Shown here piece after piece: positions 40,075 through 49,308 of a DNA stretch of 64,000 nucleotides. Origin of the DNA: Arcobacteraceae bacterium (GTDB lineage Bacteria > Campylobacterota > Campylobacteria > Campylobacterales > Arcobacteraceae); contig JBLWVX010000001.1 of assembly GCA_048268245.1 (NCBI GenBank), forward strand, positions 138,327 through 202,326, given 5' to 3'. The translations under genes were made by a program, and so were the position numbers. The stretch's first letter is position 1. Each line of letters starts with the position of its first letter. The notes under the pieces are model-generated. The model was not told the DNA's origin. It saw nothing but the letters and a program-made list of their open reading frames with translations, and did not search any database.

Positions 40075-41571
40075 TTAAAAGAATCCTAAAGCATCTTTGC
40101 TGTAAGAAGTTAAGATATTTTTAGTGTGTCTGTAAGAGTTTAACATCATCATGTGAGTTTCTCTACCGATACCTGATTTTTTGTATCCACCAAATGATGC
40201 ATGTGATGGGTATAAGTGGTAACAATTCACCCATACTCTACCAGCTTCAATTCCTCTTGAGAATTTATGTAATTGGTGAGCATCTCTTGACCATACACCT
40301 GAACCTAATCCGTAGATAGTGTCATTTGCGATTTCTAATGCTTCTTCTTCAGTTTTAAATGTAGTTACAGATAATACAGGTCCAAAGATTTCTTCTTGGA
40401 AGATTCTCATTTTATTGTGACCTTTGAAGATTGTTGGTTGAATATAGAATCCATTTGGATATTTTTCAGACTCTAAGATATCTCCACCAATTAAACACTC
40501 AGCACCCTCTTCTTTACCAATTTTAATGTACTCAGTAATTTTCTCTTTTTGGCTTAATGAACATTGGGCACCCATCATGTTTTCAGTATCTAAAGGATCA
40601 CCTAATTTAATAGCTTTAACTCTCTCTAATACTCTTGCCATAAATGGCTCATAGATATCTTCATGGATTAATGCTCTTGATGGACAAGTACAAACTTCAC
40701 CAGAGTTAAATGCGAATAATACTAAACCTTCAATTGCTTTATCAAAGAACTCATCATCAGCATCCATAATTGAAGGCATAAAGATATTTGGAGATTTACC
40801 ACCTAATTCTAATGTTGATGGAATAATGTTTTCAGTTGCATATTGCATAATTAACTGACCAGTTGTAGTTTCACCTGTAAATCCAACTTTTTTGATGTCT
40901 GGGTGAGTTGATAAGTGTTTACCAATTTTTCCACCTGCACCATTAATAATGTTGATTGTACCTGCTGGTAATACCTCTGCAATTGTTTCCATTAATACTA
41001 AGATTGACATTGGAGTAGCTGATGCTGGTTTCATAACTACACAGTTACCTGCTGCTAATGCAGGAGCTAATTTCCAAGCTGCCATTAATAATGGGAAGTT
41101 CCAAGGAATAATTTGAGCTACAACTCCGTATGGCTCATATACTTCTTGAGAAATAGTGTTTTCATCTAAATCTGAAACAGTTCCAGACTCAGCTCTAATT
41201 ACAGATGCAAAGTATCTGAAGTGATCTACAACTAAAGGAACATCAGCATTTAATGTTTCTCTAATAGTTTTACCATTATCTAAAGTTTCAGCAATTGCTA
41301 ATGCTTCTAAGTTACCTTCAATAGCATCTGCTATTTTGTTTAATAAATTACTTCTTTCTACTACAGAAGTATGCTTAAATGATTCAAAAGCTTTCATAGC
41401 AGCTGCAACTGCTGCATCAACATCTTCTTCATTTGATCTAGGAATTCTTGTTAAAGTTTCTCCATCTACAGGTGAAATATTTTCAAAATACTCTCCACTT
41501 TTTGGAGCAAGCCATTCTCCACCAATAAAGTTCTCATATTGAGCTTTGTACTGCGGTTTACTATAAATCAT
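40075..41571 (-). CDS. aldB: NAD-dependent acetaldehyde dehydrogenase (AldB/ExaC/AcoD type)
   Basis: QIIPWNFP, FTGETTTG, LELGGKSP, GEVCTCPSR, EEIFGP, GIGRETH. Confidence 0.93.
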   Translation of the reverse strand: MIYSKPQYKAQYENFIGGEWLAPKSGEYFENISPVDGETLTRIPRSNEEDVDAAVAAAMKAFESFKHTSVVERSNLLNKIADAIEGNLEALAIAETLDNGKTIRETLNADVPLVVDHFRYFASVIRAESGTVSDLDENTISQEVYEPYGVVAQIIPWNFPLLMAAWKLAPALAAGNCVVMKPASATPMSILVLMETIAEVLPAGTINIINGAGGKIGKHLSTHPDIKKVGFTGETTTGQLIMQYATENIIPSTLELGGKSPNIFMPSIMDADDEFFDKAIEGLVLFAFNSGEVCTCPSRALIHEDIYEPFMARVLERVKAIKLGDPLDTENMMGAQCSLSQKEKITEYIKIGKEEGAECLIGGDILESEKYPNGFYIQPTIFKGHNKMRIFQEEIFGPVLSVTTFKTEEEALEIANDTIYGLGSGVWSRDAHQLHKFSRGIEAGRVWVNCYHLYPSHASFGGYKKSGIGRETHMMMLNSYRHTKNILTSYSKDALGFF

Positions 41572-41644
41572 TTTTCATCCTTTTTATTATTTTAATTATT
41601 TTGAGAAAATTATTTGCTATGCCATAATTTTTCTGCTTGATGAA

Positions 41645-41698
41645 AGTTTACACGAGAAATATAGCGTGAATTTAGCCTAAGTATAGCCTGAATATAGC
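41645..41698 (-). promoter_or_regulatory. aldB promoter with four 11-bp-phased GCTAWA repeats
   Basis: Plus-strand TATAGC 41660, TTTAGC 41671, TATAGC 41682, TATAGC 41693; -10 TAAACT (41650-41645) 9 nt away. Confidence 0.8.
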
Positions 41699-41790
41699 AA
41701 TGTAGTTTTTTGACACAAAATCCCTAAAAATGGTGCTTTTATTACCTTTTTTTTCTTTGTTTTTTTTGATTTATTTGCTACAATTTTTTT

Positions 41791-43707
41791 ATGAAAACAT
41801 ATAACTATACAATTAAAGACGAATCTTTAGAACTGTTAATAGACTTTGACACTTTAAAAAAAGAAAAAAACATATTAATACAAATTTTTTGTGGTCAATC
41901 AAAAGAAATTATGAAAACTATTCTAAATAAATTGAAAAAAGAACTTCCTCAAGCAATTTGTATTGGCTCATCTACTGATGGAGAGATAGACAATGCAAAT
42001 ATTTCTACAAAAAGAACAGTAATATCTATATCAGTATTTGAAAAAACTCAATTAAAAGTAGCCTATGTACAAAATGACAACTCTTATATAAATGGTCAAA
42101 AACTAGCAAAGCAGTTATGTAATGAAGATACAAAACTACTTATTACATTTACTGATGGTGAAACTACAAATGGGGAAGAGTTTTTAAAAGGTATAAGCTC
42201 TATTAATAGTAAAGTAGTTGTAAGTGGTGGAATGGCAGCAGATAATGCAACCTTTAAAGAAACATTTATTTTATGTCAAGATAAGATTATTACAAAAGGT
42301 GCAGTTGCTGTATCTCTTAACTCTAAAGATTTAAAAATTTGTAATGCTTATAACTTTAACTGGTCACCAATAGGAATAGATCATGAAATAGAAGAAGTTA
42401 AAGATAATAGGGTTTATAAAATCTCAGGATTAACACCTTTAGACTTTTATGAAAAATATTTAGGTGAATATGTTGCAAAAGCCTTACCTGCAACAGGAAT
42501 AGAGTTTCCTTTAATTGTACAAAAGAATGGAATGCCACTAGCTAGAGCTGTAATTCAAAAACATAGTGATGGAAGCTTAAGTTTTGCAGGTAATTTAAAT
42601 AAAGGGGATATTGTAAAGTTAGGCTTTGGTAATGTTGAGCTTATAATGAACAACCCTTTACAATCTTTATTTAATAAGTGTTCAGTAACAGGTGTTGAGT
42701 CATTTTTTATCTATACTTGTATGGCAAGAAGAAGATATATTCCTGATTTAATTGATATTGAAATTAAGCCATTTTCAGAAATTGCAAATACATCAGGATT
42801 TTTTACATATGGAGAGTTTTATCATAATGATGGGCACAATGAGTTATTAAACCAAACATTAACAGTTGTTGGACTTAGTGAAAATAGTGAAATAACTTAT
42901 GAAGAAAAAGAAGAAGTAGAAGAAAAAAATGACAATGATGATATAAGTGAACAAGCAAGAAGCTTACAAGCTTTAACACATCTAATTGAACAATCTTCAA
43001 AAGATTATAGTAATCAATCTAAGAAGTTAGAAGAAGGAAATAGATACGCTCAAAATTTGCTTGAGTCACAAAAACAGTTTTTAAAATATACAATTCATGA
43101 AACAAATACTCCCCTTTCAATTATTATGGGGAATATTGACATGTATGAAATTGAGCATGGAAAAAACAAATATTTATCTAATATTGAAGTTGCTATGAAA
43201 AATGTTTTTAGTATTTACGATGATTTAAGTTACTTAGTAAAAAAAGATCATGTAAATAAAGCAACACATGAAATAAACTTAGTTGATTTTGTAAGAAGTA
43301 GAATTGAGTTTTTTACTCAAACTGCCCTAAAATTTAAATCAACACTAAATTTTATTCATAATATTGATGAAATAAATATAAGTTTCAATGAGATTAAACT
43401 TCAAAGAATAGTTGATAACAATCTTACAAATGCAATTAAATATACATTACCAAATGAAACTATATATGTAAAGCTTATATATAGAAATAATGAGTGTGAC
43501 TTTATAATTGAGAGTCGTTCAGTTCAAATACTAGAACCTCAAAAGATTTTTGAAGAGTATTATCGAGAAGAAGAATCAAAAGATGGTTTTGGACTTGGAC
43601 TAAATCTTGTAAAAAGAATTTGTAGTGAAGAAAATGTTGGAATAAAACTAGAGTCTGGTGAAAACTGGGCTTCATTTACTTATACATTTAAAGGAATTGA
43701 AAAATGA
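41791..43707 (+). CDS. Cytoplasmic FIST-N/FIST-C domain histidine kinase
   Basis: IGSSTDGEI, GGMAAD, W.PIG, C.ARR, GFFTYGE, LNQT (FIST); IHETNTPLS H-box; NAIKY; GFGLGL; no TM segments. Confidence 0.88.
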   Translation: MKTYNYTIKDESLELLIDFDTLKKEKNILIQIFCGQSKEIMKTILNKLKKELPQAICIGSSTDGEIDNANISTKRTVISISVFEKTQLKVAYVQNDNSYINGQKLAKQLCNEDTKLLITFTDGETTNGEEFLKGISSINSKVVVSGGMAADNATFKETFILCQDKIITKGAVAVSLNSKDLKICNAYNFNWSPIGIDHEIEEVKDNRVYKISGLTPLDFYEKYLGEYVAKALPATGIEFPLIVQKNGMPLARAVIQKHSDGSLSFAGNLNKGDIVKLGFGNVELIMNNPLQSLFNKCSVTGVESFFIYTCMARRRYIPDLIDIEIKPFSEIANTSGFFTYGEFYHNDGHNELLNQTLTVVGLSENSEITYEEKEEVEEKNDNDDISEQARSLQALTHLIEQSSKDYSNQSKKLEEGNRYAQNLLESQKQFLKYTIHETNTPLSIIMGNIDMYEIEHGKNKYLSNIEVAMKNVFSIYDDLSYLVKKDHVNKATHEINLVDFVRSRIEFFTQTALKFKSTLNFIHNIDEINISFNEIKLQRIVDNNLTNAIKYTLPNETIYVKLIYRNNECDFIIESRSVQILEPQKIFEEYYREEESKDGFGLGLNLVKRICSEENVGIKLESGENWASFTYTFKGIEK

Positions 43708-44363
43708 AAATATTACTTTTAGAAGATGATATTATGTTAAATGAGATGATTACAGAATATTTAACTTCAACTGGTCATTCTATTACTAATACAACAAAAG
43801 GTGACGAGTGTCTAAATATTTTAGAAGAAGAAAAGTTTGATTTATTAATACTTGATATAAATGTACCAAATATTGATGGATTAACTGTTTTAGAGCAATT
43901 ACATGAAAAGAAAAGAATGATACCAACTATATTTATATCAGCACTTATTGATATTGAAGATATTGATAGAGCCTTTAATATAGGTTGTCATGATTATCTA
44001 AAAAAACCTTTTCACTTAAGAGAGCTAACACTTAGAATAAATAAAATTCTAAAAACAAATATTGCTCCACAAAAACATAAAAGGTTATCAAAAAACTATA
44101 GTTTTGATGCAGAGACTATGACTTTATATTTTAATAATGAGCCTCATATCTTACCTAAAAGACAACTTCAAATTATTGAATTACTAGCTCATAATAGAAG
44201 CTTAGTTGTACAATACGATATGTTTAGAACCTATGTTTGGAATGATGATTTTATAGACAATGCGACAATTAGAGCAGAAGTAAATAGAGTAAAAAAAGTT
44301 TTAAAAGAAGACTTTATTAAAAATATTAGAGGAAGTGGTTATATGGTTGAAAGACCAAACTAA
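43704..44363 (+). CDS. OmpR-family response regulator
   Basis: LLEDD, LDINVP, KPF...EL..RI, C-terminal winged helix I.NIRGSGY; overlaps the kinase stop. Confidence 0.92.
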   Translation: MKILLLEDDIMLNEMITEYLTSTGHSITNTTKGDECLNILEEEKFDLLILDINVPNIDGLTVLEQLHEKKRMIPTIFISALIDIEDIDRAFNIGCHDYLKKPFHLRELTLRINKILKTNIAPQKHKRLSKNYSFDAETMTLYFNNEPHILPKRQLQIIELLAHNRSLVVQYDMFRTYVWNDDFIDNATIRAEVNRVKKVLKEDFIKNIRGSGYMVERPN

Positions 44364-44372
44364 CCCTTACTT

Positions 44373-45242
44373 CTAAAACTTAATAGATACATAAAAGCTT
44401 AAATCAAACTCATTATCATCACTTAGAAAGTTGTTTTTTCTATACTCCACATAAGATGGTTTTGTTGTTGTTTCAAACTCACTTCTAGGTAACCATTCAT
44501 GATAAACCCAATGAATAAACTTTAAAACATCCCCATGTACTCCTTGCAAATCAAATCTAGCATAAACTCCATCAGCTATTTTAAAGTCAGGAAGTCTATC
44601 ACTTTTTACCTCTTCCTTTGTTTCAAGACAAGCAATATATTGACAATCATTTAAAGGAGTTATTGAAGGGTTATCATGAAAAAGCGCAATCTCTTTATAC
44701 TCTTTTATATCATTTGATAATCTCCAAACTTGCATTTTCTGCCACGCTTGTTTTATATTTATGTTATAACCCCTATTTCTAATATAGTATGCTTTTCTAA
44801 AAGGCATCTTTACAATGGTTGGTGTTATTTCATTAAAATTAGCTTTTGACTCCATGGCTTTGGGTGACTGTTGTAAAATATTGTTAGAGTATTCTTTATA
44901 TCCACCCTTTTTCCATTGTTTTGGAGTCATTTCAAATCTCTCTTTAAAAGTTTTAATAAAAGATGATTGAGAGGAGTATCCACACTCATTTGCAATTTCA
45001 GATATTGTTGAATATTTATTTGTAAGAAGTAAATTAGATGCTTTTTGTAATCTAATAGATTTGATACTCTCATAAATATTTTTTCCAAATGCTTCTTTGA
45101 ATATTCTATGCATATGAAATTTACTAATATCTAAATCAATACTAAGCTCTTCTATATCGATGTTTGTTTCAATATGAGTATAAATATAAAACATTATATC
45201 ATTGGCTATTTTTGTTCTTTTTTGTAGTGTCTCTTTTTTCAT
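44373..45242 (-). CDS. AraC family regulator with GyrI-like effector domain
   Basis: SKFHMHRIFK, IANECGYSSQSSF...FKERF.MTP; C-terminal HDNP, G.YA.F, WVY.EWLP; likely start 45242. Confidence 0.9.
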   Translation of the reverse strand: MKKETLQKRTKIANDIMFYIYTHIETNIDIEELSIDLDISKFHMHRIFKEAFGKNIYESIKSIRLQKASNLLLTNKYSTISEIANECGYSSQSSFIKTFKERFEMTPKQWKKGGYKEYSNNILQQSPKAMESKANFNEITPTIVKMPFRKAYYIRNRGYNINIKQAWQKMQVWRLSNDIKEYKEIALFHDNPSITPLNDCQYIACLETKEEVKSDRLPDFKIADGVYARFDLQGVHGDVLKFIHWVYHEWLPRSEFETTTKPSYVEYRKNNFLSDDNEFDLSFYVSIKF

Positions 45243-45382
45243 AAGATAGATTATAGCACAAATAAAATATAAAAGTAGCACTAACAAACAATTTTAACAG
45301 CACTTAAAAAGAAGAATTATTTCTGAATTTTTCATACAATAACTACAATTCAAATATAAGTAAGTATTTTAGGAAGAAAATT

Positions 45383-46039
45383 ATGGACTTAAATAAACAA
45401 ATGAATTTAGTTTTGCAACAATGTGAATCTATTAATTTACAAAAATTAAAATTAGATACACTACTAATTATTGTTCATCATCTACTAAGTGATTATAAAA
45501 AAATGCAATTACCAAAAGATGAAAAAGAAACAAAGTTTATTCATGACAATGTAAAAAATCTAAAAAATTATTTAGACAATAATATTGTAACAAGTGAAAC
45601 ACTTTCATATGTTTTCCAGAACCAAAATAAGTCTTCAACACTTAAAAAAATATCAACTAATTTAGAACCAATGAGGGCTTATTATAAATTCCTAACCTCA
45701 ATCTTTTCTTCCCAACTAAAGAAGGGTTCGTATTGGATTCCTGAACTACTTGCTTTTAGTTTGATTTACAGTTATAAAAAAGAGTTCGAAAAATCTTTTT
45801 GTTCATATACGTTCATTGAAAGCTTCCCTATTGAAAAGATACTAAATATCTACAATGAAAACAATATAGCAGTAAAGAAAAATATATCTCAAAAAGAGAA
45901 TATTCCAACTTGGAAAGTTAAGACAAGTTTGGATGAGATGTATGATTTATCTGAATATATGATAAAAAAGTATCTGACATACAATTTCAAAATAAATACA
46001 AAAAGAGTTTCAAAAACTAGAAAAAAAAGAAGAAGATAG
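45383..46039 (+). CDS. Hypothetical protein
   Basis: 218-aa ORF with RBS AGGA; basic C-terminal tail; no family recognised. Confidence 0.65.
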   Translation: MDLNKQMNLVLQQCESINLQKLKLDTLLIIVHHLLSDYKKMQLPKDEKETKFIHDNVKNLKNYLDNNIVTSETLSYVFQNQNKSSTLKKISTNLEPMRAYYKFLTSIFSSQLKKGSYWIPELLAFSLIYSYKKEFEKSFCSYTFIESFPIEKILNIYNENNIAVKKNISQKENIPTWKVKTSLDEMYDLSEYMIKKYLTYNFKINTKRVSKTRKKRRR

Positions 46040-46050
46040 ATTTAAATCTA

Positions 46051-47184
46051 TCAAGCTTCTAAAAATGAAATAGAATTTTTTCTATTTCTGTAAAAAATCT
46101 TTTGATCGCTATAAGTTATACTATCTTGGATTTTTTGCGTAACAACTGCATGGTCAGGTGATTTAGAACACACAGGATCTGCAGCATTCATCTCTCCTGT
46201 TAGAGCAAAGGCTTGGCATCTGCAACCGCCAAAGTCTTTGTCTCTTTCATCACAAGTACGACAAGGCTCTTTCATCCAACTATCACCTCTAAAATAATTA
46301 AAGGCTTTTGAATCATACCATACTTCTTTTACAGAGTTTTCTTTTACATTTGGAAAATCTAAAGGTAAAGTATTTGCTGTATTACATGGAAGTGCAACCC
46401 CATCAGGATTGATAGTTAAAAAAGTAGTACCCCATCCATTCATACAAGCTTTTGGTCTATCAGCAAAATAATCAGGTACAACTAAAAATACTTTCATAGC
46501 ATCATCTTTTTGTCTATACTCATTTACTTTTGCTTTTGCTTCATCTAATTGCTCTTTTGAAGGAAGCAATGCATTTATATTTTTTAATGCCCAACCATAA
46601 TATTGAATATTTGCAATTTCTAAATAATTTGCCCCAAGAGTTTCAGCAAATTCAATAATCTGCCCTACTTGATGAATATTTTGTCTAGTAATACAAGTAT
46701 TAACTATAAGTTGAAGTCCTGCTTCTTTTACTTCTTTAGCAAAAGCAATTTTTTCTTTATATGAATTTTTATTGTTAGTAATTAAAGTCATAGTATTTTC
46801 ATCATGAGATTGAATACCTAACTGTACTGTTTTAAGGCCTGCATCTTTTAGTTTTTTTACTATTCCTTTTGGAGCACCAACACCTGATGTGATTAAATTA
46901 GTATAAAACTTTAAATCATTTGCTTTTTGAACTATATCAACTATATCTTTATTTAATAAAGGCTCTCCACCTGAAATACCAAGTTGAACAGCACCAAGTT
47001 CTCTAACCTCATCCATTACTCTAAACCAATCATCTTTGCTCATAGCATCTTTTGTATTTACAAAATCAAGTTGATTATAACAATATGAACACTCTAAAGG
47101 ACACTTATGAGTTAATTCTAAAAGTACCCATAAAGGGGGCTTTATATCTAGTTTCTCATTATTGTTTTTATCATTAATCGACAT
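46051..47184 (-). CDS. pqqE: PqqA peptide cyclase (radical SAM/SPASM)
   Basis: PPLW.L.ELTH.CPLECSYC, SGGEPL, QYYGWA, KACMNGWG, DFGGCRCQA; likely start 47184. Confidence 0.97.
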   Translation of the reverse strand: MSINDKNNNEKLDIKPPLWVLLELTHKCPLECSYCYNQLDFVNTKDAMSKDDWFRVMDEVRELGAVQLGISGGEPLLNKDIVDIVQKANDLKFYTNLITSGVGAPKGIVKKLKDAGLKTVQLGIQSHDENTMTLITNNKNSYKEKIAFAKEVKEAGLQLIVNTCITRQNIHQVGQIIEFAETLGANYLEIANIQYYGWALKNINALLPSKEQLDEAKAKVNEYRQKDDAMKVFLVVPDYFADRPKACMNGWGTTFLTINPDGVALPCNTANTLPLDFPNVKENSVKEVWYDSKAFNYFRGDSWMKEPCRTCDERDKDFGGCRCQAFALTGEMNAADPVCSKSPDHAVVTQKIQDSITYSDQKIFYRNRKNSISFLEA

Positions 47185-47443
47185 ACTGCACCCACTTTCT
47201 TTCAAATGCTTCATTAAAAAACGCTTCTATATCTTTTTCTAAACCAGACATTTCAAACTTTTTTTCTAAAGTTTCTACTATCTCATTAAAACTTTTTGTT
47301 CCATCACACTGGTTCATAATTTCACCAGCACTTTGATTTAACTGAACCATACCTTCAGGATACAATAATACAAAACAGTCTTGTGCTTTTTCAAATTGTA
47401 ATTGAAAGTGATTATTCACTACAATTAATTTTTCTTTGTGCAT
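47174..47443 (-). CDS. pqqD: PqqA-binding chaperone
   Basis: QFE.AQ...[16 protein letters not shown]...CDG. Confidence 0.95.
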   Translation of the reverse strand: MHKEKLIVVNNHFQLQFEKAQDCFVLLYPEGMVQLNQSAGEIMNQCDGTKSFNEIVETLEKKFEMSGLEKDIEAFFNEAFERKWVQYVD

Positions 47444-48170
47444 CTTCTACCCCTTCTATATTAAAGTATGGAGGTTGTTTTAATTCATATGCTAGATATA
47501 AAGCATCACACATAGTCCATAAAATATCTAATTTAAATTGTAATATTTCACAAGCTTTACTTTGTAGTTCAACTGTATTAAACTCTTCTAAAGTTAATGA
47601 TAATCCATGTTGGACATCTCTTCTTGCTTCACTTAATCTTTTTTGGAAATATCTTAAACCTTTTGGTTCAATCCAAGGATAATTATCAGGCCAAGTATTA
47701 AGTCTTTGTTGATGAATTTCAGGAGCAAACATCTCAGTTAAAGATGACATTGCAGCCTCTTTCCAAGGTCTTTGTTTTGCAAAATTTATATATGCTTCAA
47801 CTGCAAACTTAACAGATGGTAAAACATATTTATGAGAAATTAAGTCCTGCTTATTTAATCCAACAGCTTCACCTAATTCAAGCCAAGCTTCAATTCCTCC
47901 ACCAACACTATCATGGTCAATAATTCTATCTATCCACTTTCTTCTATCTTCTAAAGGAGGATTATTTGACATGATTGCAGCATCTTTAATAGGAATTGCT
48001 GTTTGATAATAAAATCTATTTGCTACCCATCCTTGAATCTCTTCTTTTGTACATTCACCTTTATACATTCTAATATGAAATGGATGATGTATATGATACA
48101 TCTTACCCATAGCTCTTAATTTTTGTTCAAACTCATCTTTTGAAAGTAATTGGTCAATTTTTTTAGTCAT
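47412..48170 (-). CDS. pqqC: Pyrroloquinoline-quinone synthase
   Basis: [41 protein letters not shown]. Confidence 0.97.
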   Translation of the reverse strand: MTKKIDQLLSKDEFEQKLRAMGKMYHIHHPFHIRMYKGECTKEEIQGWVANRFYYQTAIPIKDAAIMSNNPPLEDRRKWIDRIIDHDSVGGGIEAWLELGEAVGLNKQDLISHKYVLPSVKFAVEAYINFAKQRPWKEAAMSSLTEMFAPEIHQQRLNTWPDNYPWIEPKGLRYFQKRLSEARRDVQHGLSLTLEEFNTVELQSKACEILQFKLDILWTMCDALYLAYELKQPPYFNIEGVEDAQRKINCSE

Positions 48171-48186
48171 AATATTCTCTCCTTTA

Positions 48187-49104
48187 TTATATTTCTATAC
48201 TCATACCATCATAAGAAACTTCAATTCCATGTGAAATAAGCTCCTTATACTCATCACTACTCTCATCTAAGATAGGATTTGTATTATTTATATGAATTAG
48301 TATTTTTCTTGGTTTTTCTAAACTATCTAAAACTTTGATAAGTCCCTCTTCTCCACTTAATGGAATATGTCCCATATCAGTTCCAAGCTTATTTGAAAAG
48401 TTTCCTTTTATCATTTCATCATTTGTCCATAATGTTCCTTCTATTAAAAGAACATCTGCATTTCTCATTTCTTCAAATACATGGTCTTCCATAACACCAA
48501 GTCCAGGTAAATAAAATAGTCTTTTTCCTGTATTTTTATTTACAACAGTTATTCCTATATTATCACCCTTTCTAGGTTTATCTCTATACTCTGAGTATGG
48601 AGGTGCATTTGAAATTAATGCATGGGCATAAAACTCATAACTAGGCATTACAGGAATTTCAAATTTTGTAGTTGAATCTGGTAAGATTTCATGCCAGGCA
48701 GTTCCTCCACCATCCCAATGTTTTAGCATTTTCATAGTAGGAAATGATGTGTTTAATTCTTCATTTACTTCTTTTGTACAGTAAATTTGATGAGGACATC
48801 CCTCTCTTAACATAAGTAGACCTGTTGTATGGTCAATTTGTGCATCATTGAAAACAATAGCTTTTATTTTTGTTTCTCTTTTTTTAGTTGGGTGTAAAAA
48901 AGGGGAATTATGAATTTGCTCTAAAATATCTGGTGAAGTGTTAAATAAAACCCAGTTTTCACCATCTTCACTTATAGTAATAGAACTTTGTGTTCTTCTT
49001 TTAATAGTTTCTTTACCTTCTCTGTAACCCTTACAGTTATCACAGTTACAGTTAAACTGAGGAAGTCCTCCTCCTGCACCTGATCCTAAAACTTCTATTC
49101 TCAT
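48187..49104 (-). CDS. pqqB: PQQ biosynthesis protein B
   Basis: [39 protein letters not shown]. Confidence 0.97.
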   Translation of the reverse strand: MRIEVLGSGAGGGLPQFNCNCDNCKGYREGKETIKRRTQSSITISEDGENWVLFNTSPDILEQIHNSPFLHPTKKRETKIKAIVFNDAQIDHTTGLLMLREGCPHQIYCTKEVNEELNTSFPTMKMLKHWDGGGTAWHEILPDSTTKFEIPVMPSYEFYAHALISNAPPYSEYRDKPRKGDNIGITVVNKNTGKRLFYLPGLGVMEDHVFEEMRNADVLLIEGTLWTNDEMIKGNFSNKLGTDMGHIPLSGEEGLIKVLDSLEKPRKILIHINNTNPILDESSDEYKELISHGIEVSYDGMSIEI

Positions 49105-49117
49105 AATCTTCCCTTAA

Positions 49118-49186
49118 CTCTTTTTATAATTAAGTCTATTTTAGACTTAATTATAAAAAGAGCAAACTAGCCGAAACTAGTTTACT
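49118..49186 (-). terminator. Tandem hairpins between pqqA and pqqB
   Basis: Perfect 21-bp stem CTCTTTTTATAATTAAGTCTA / TAGACTTAATTATAAAAAGAG (49118-49162) plus AAACTAG / CTAGTTT stem (49164-49183). Confidence 0.75.
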
Positions 49187-49197
49187 CAAATTAGGTT

Positions 49198-49272
49198 CTA
49201 CTCGTTACAAATATACATTGTTACTTCAAAACCAAATCTATTATCTACAAACATAGGTGTTTCCCATTTCAT
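49198..49272 (-). CDS. pqqA: PQQ precursor peptide PqqA (absent from ORF track)
   Basis: My translation MKWETPMFVDNRFGFEVTMYICNE*; E-x3-Y core; strong RBS AAGGAGG. Confidence 0.97.
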   Translation of the reverse strand: MKWETPMFVDNRFGFEVTMYICNE

Positions 49273-49308
49273 AACAATTACCTCCTTTGTAAGATTTTTG
49301 TGTTCAAA

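Noticed and set aside
41600..41640. Possible sigma-54 promoter (TGGCA on minus strand) upstream of aldB
   Set aside because: No TTGC at the -12 position; the sequence is better explained as a 5'-UTR hairpin downstream of the sigma-70-type promoter.
45250..45258. TATAGC upstream of the AraC gene as an island operator
   Set aside because: Single half-site that is simply the extended -10 (TGCTATAAT) on the minus strand; no 11-bp partner.
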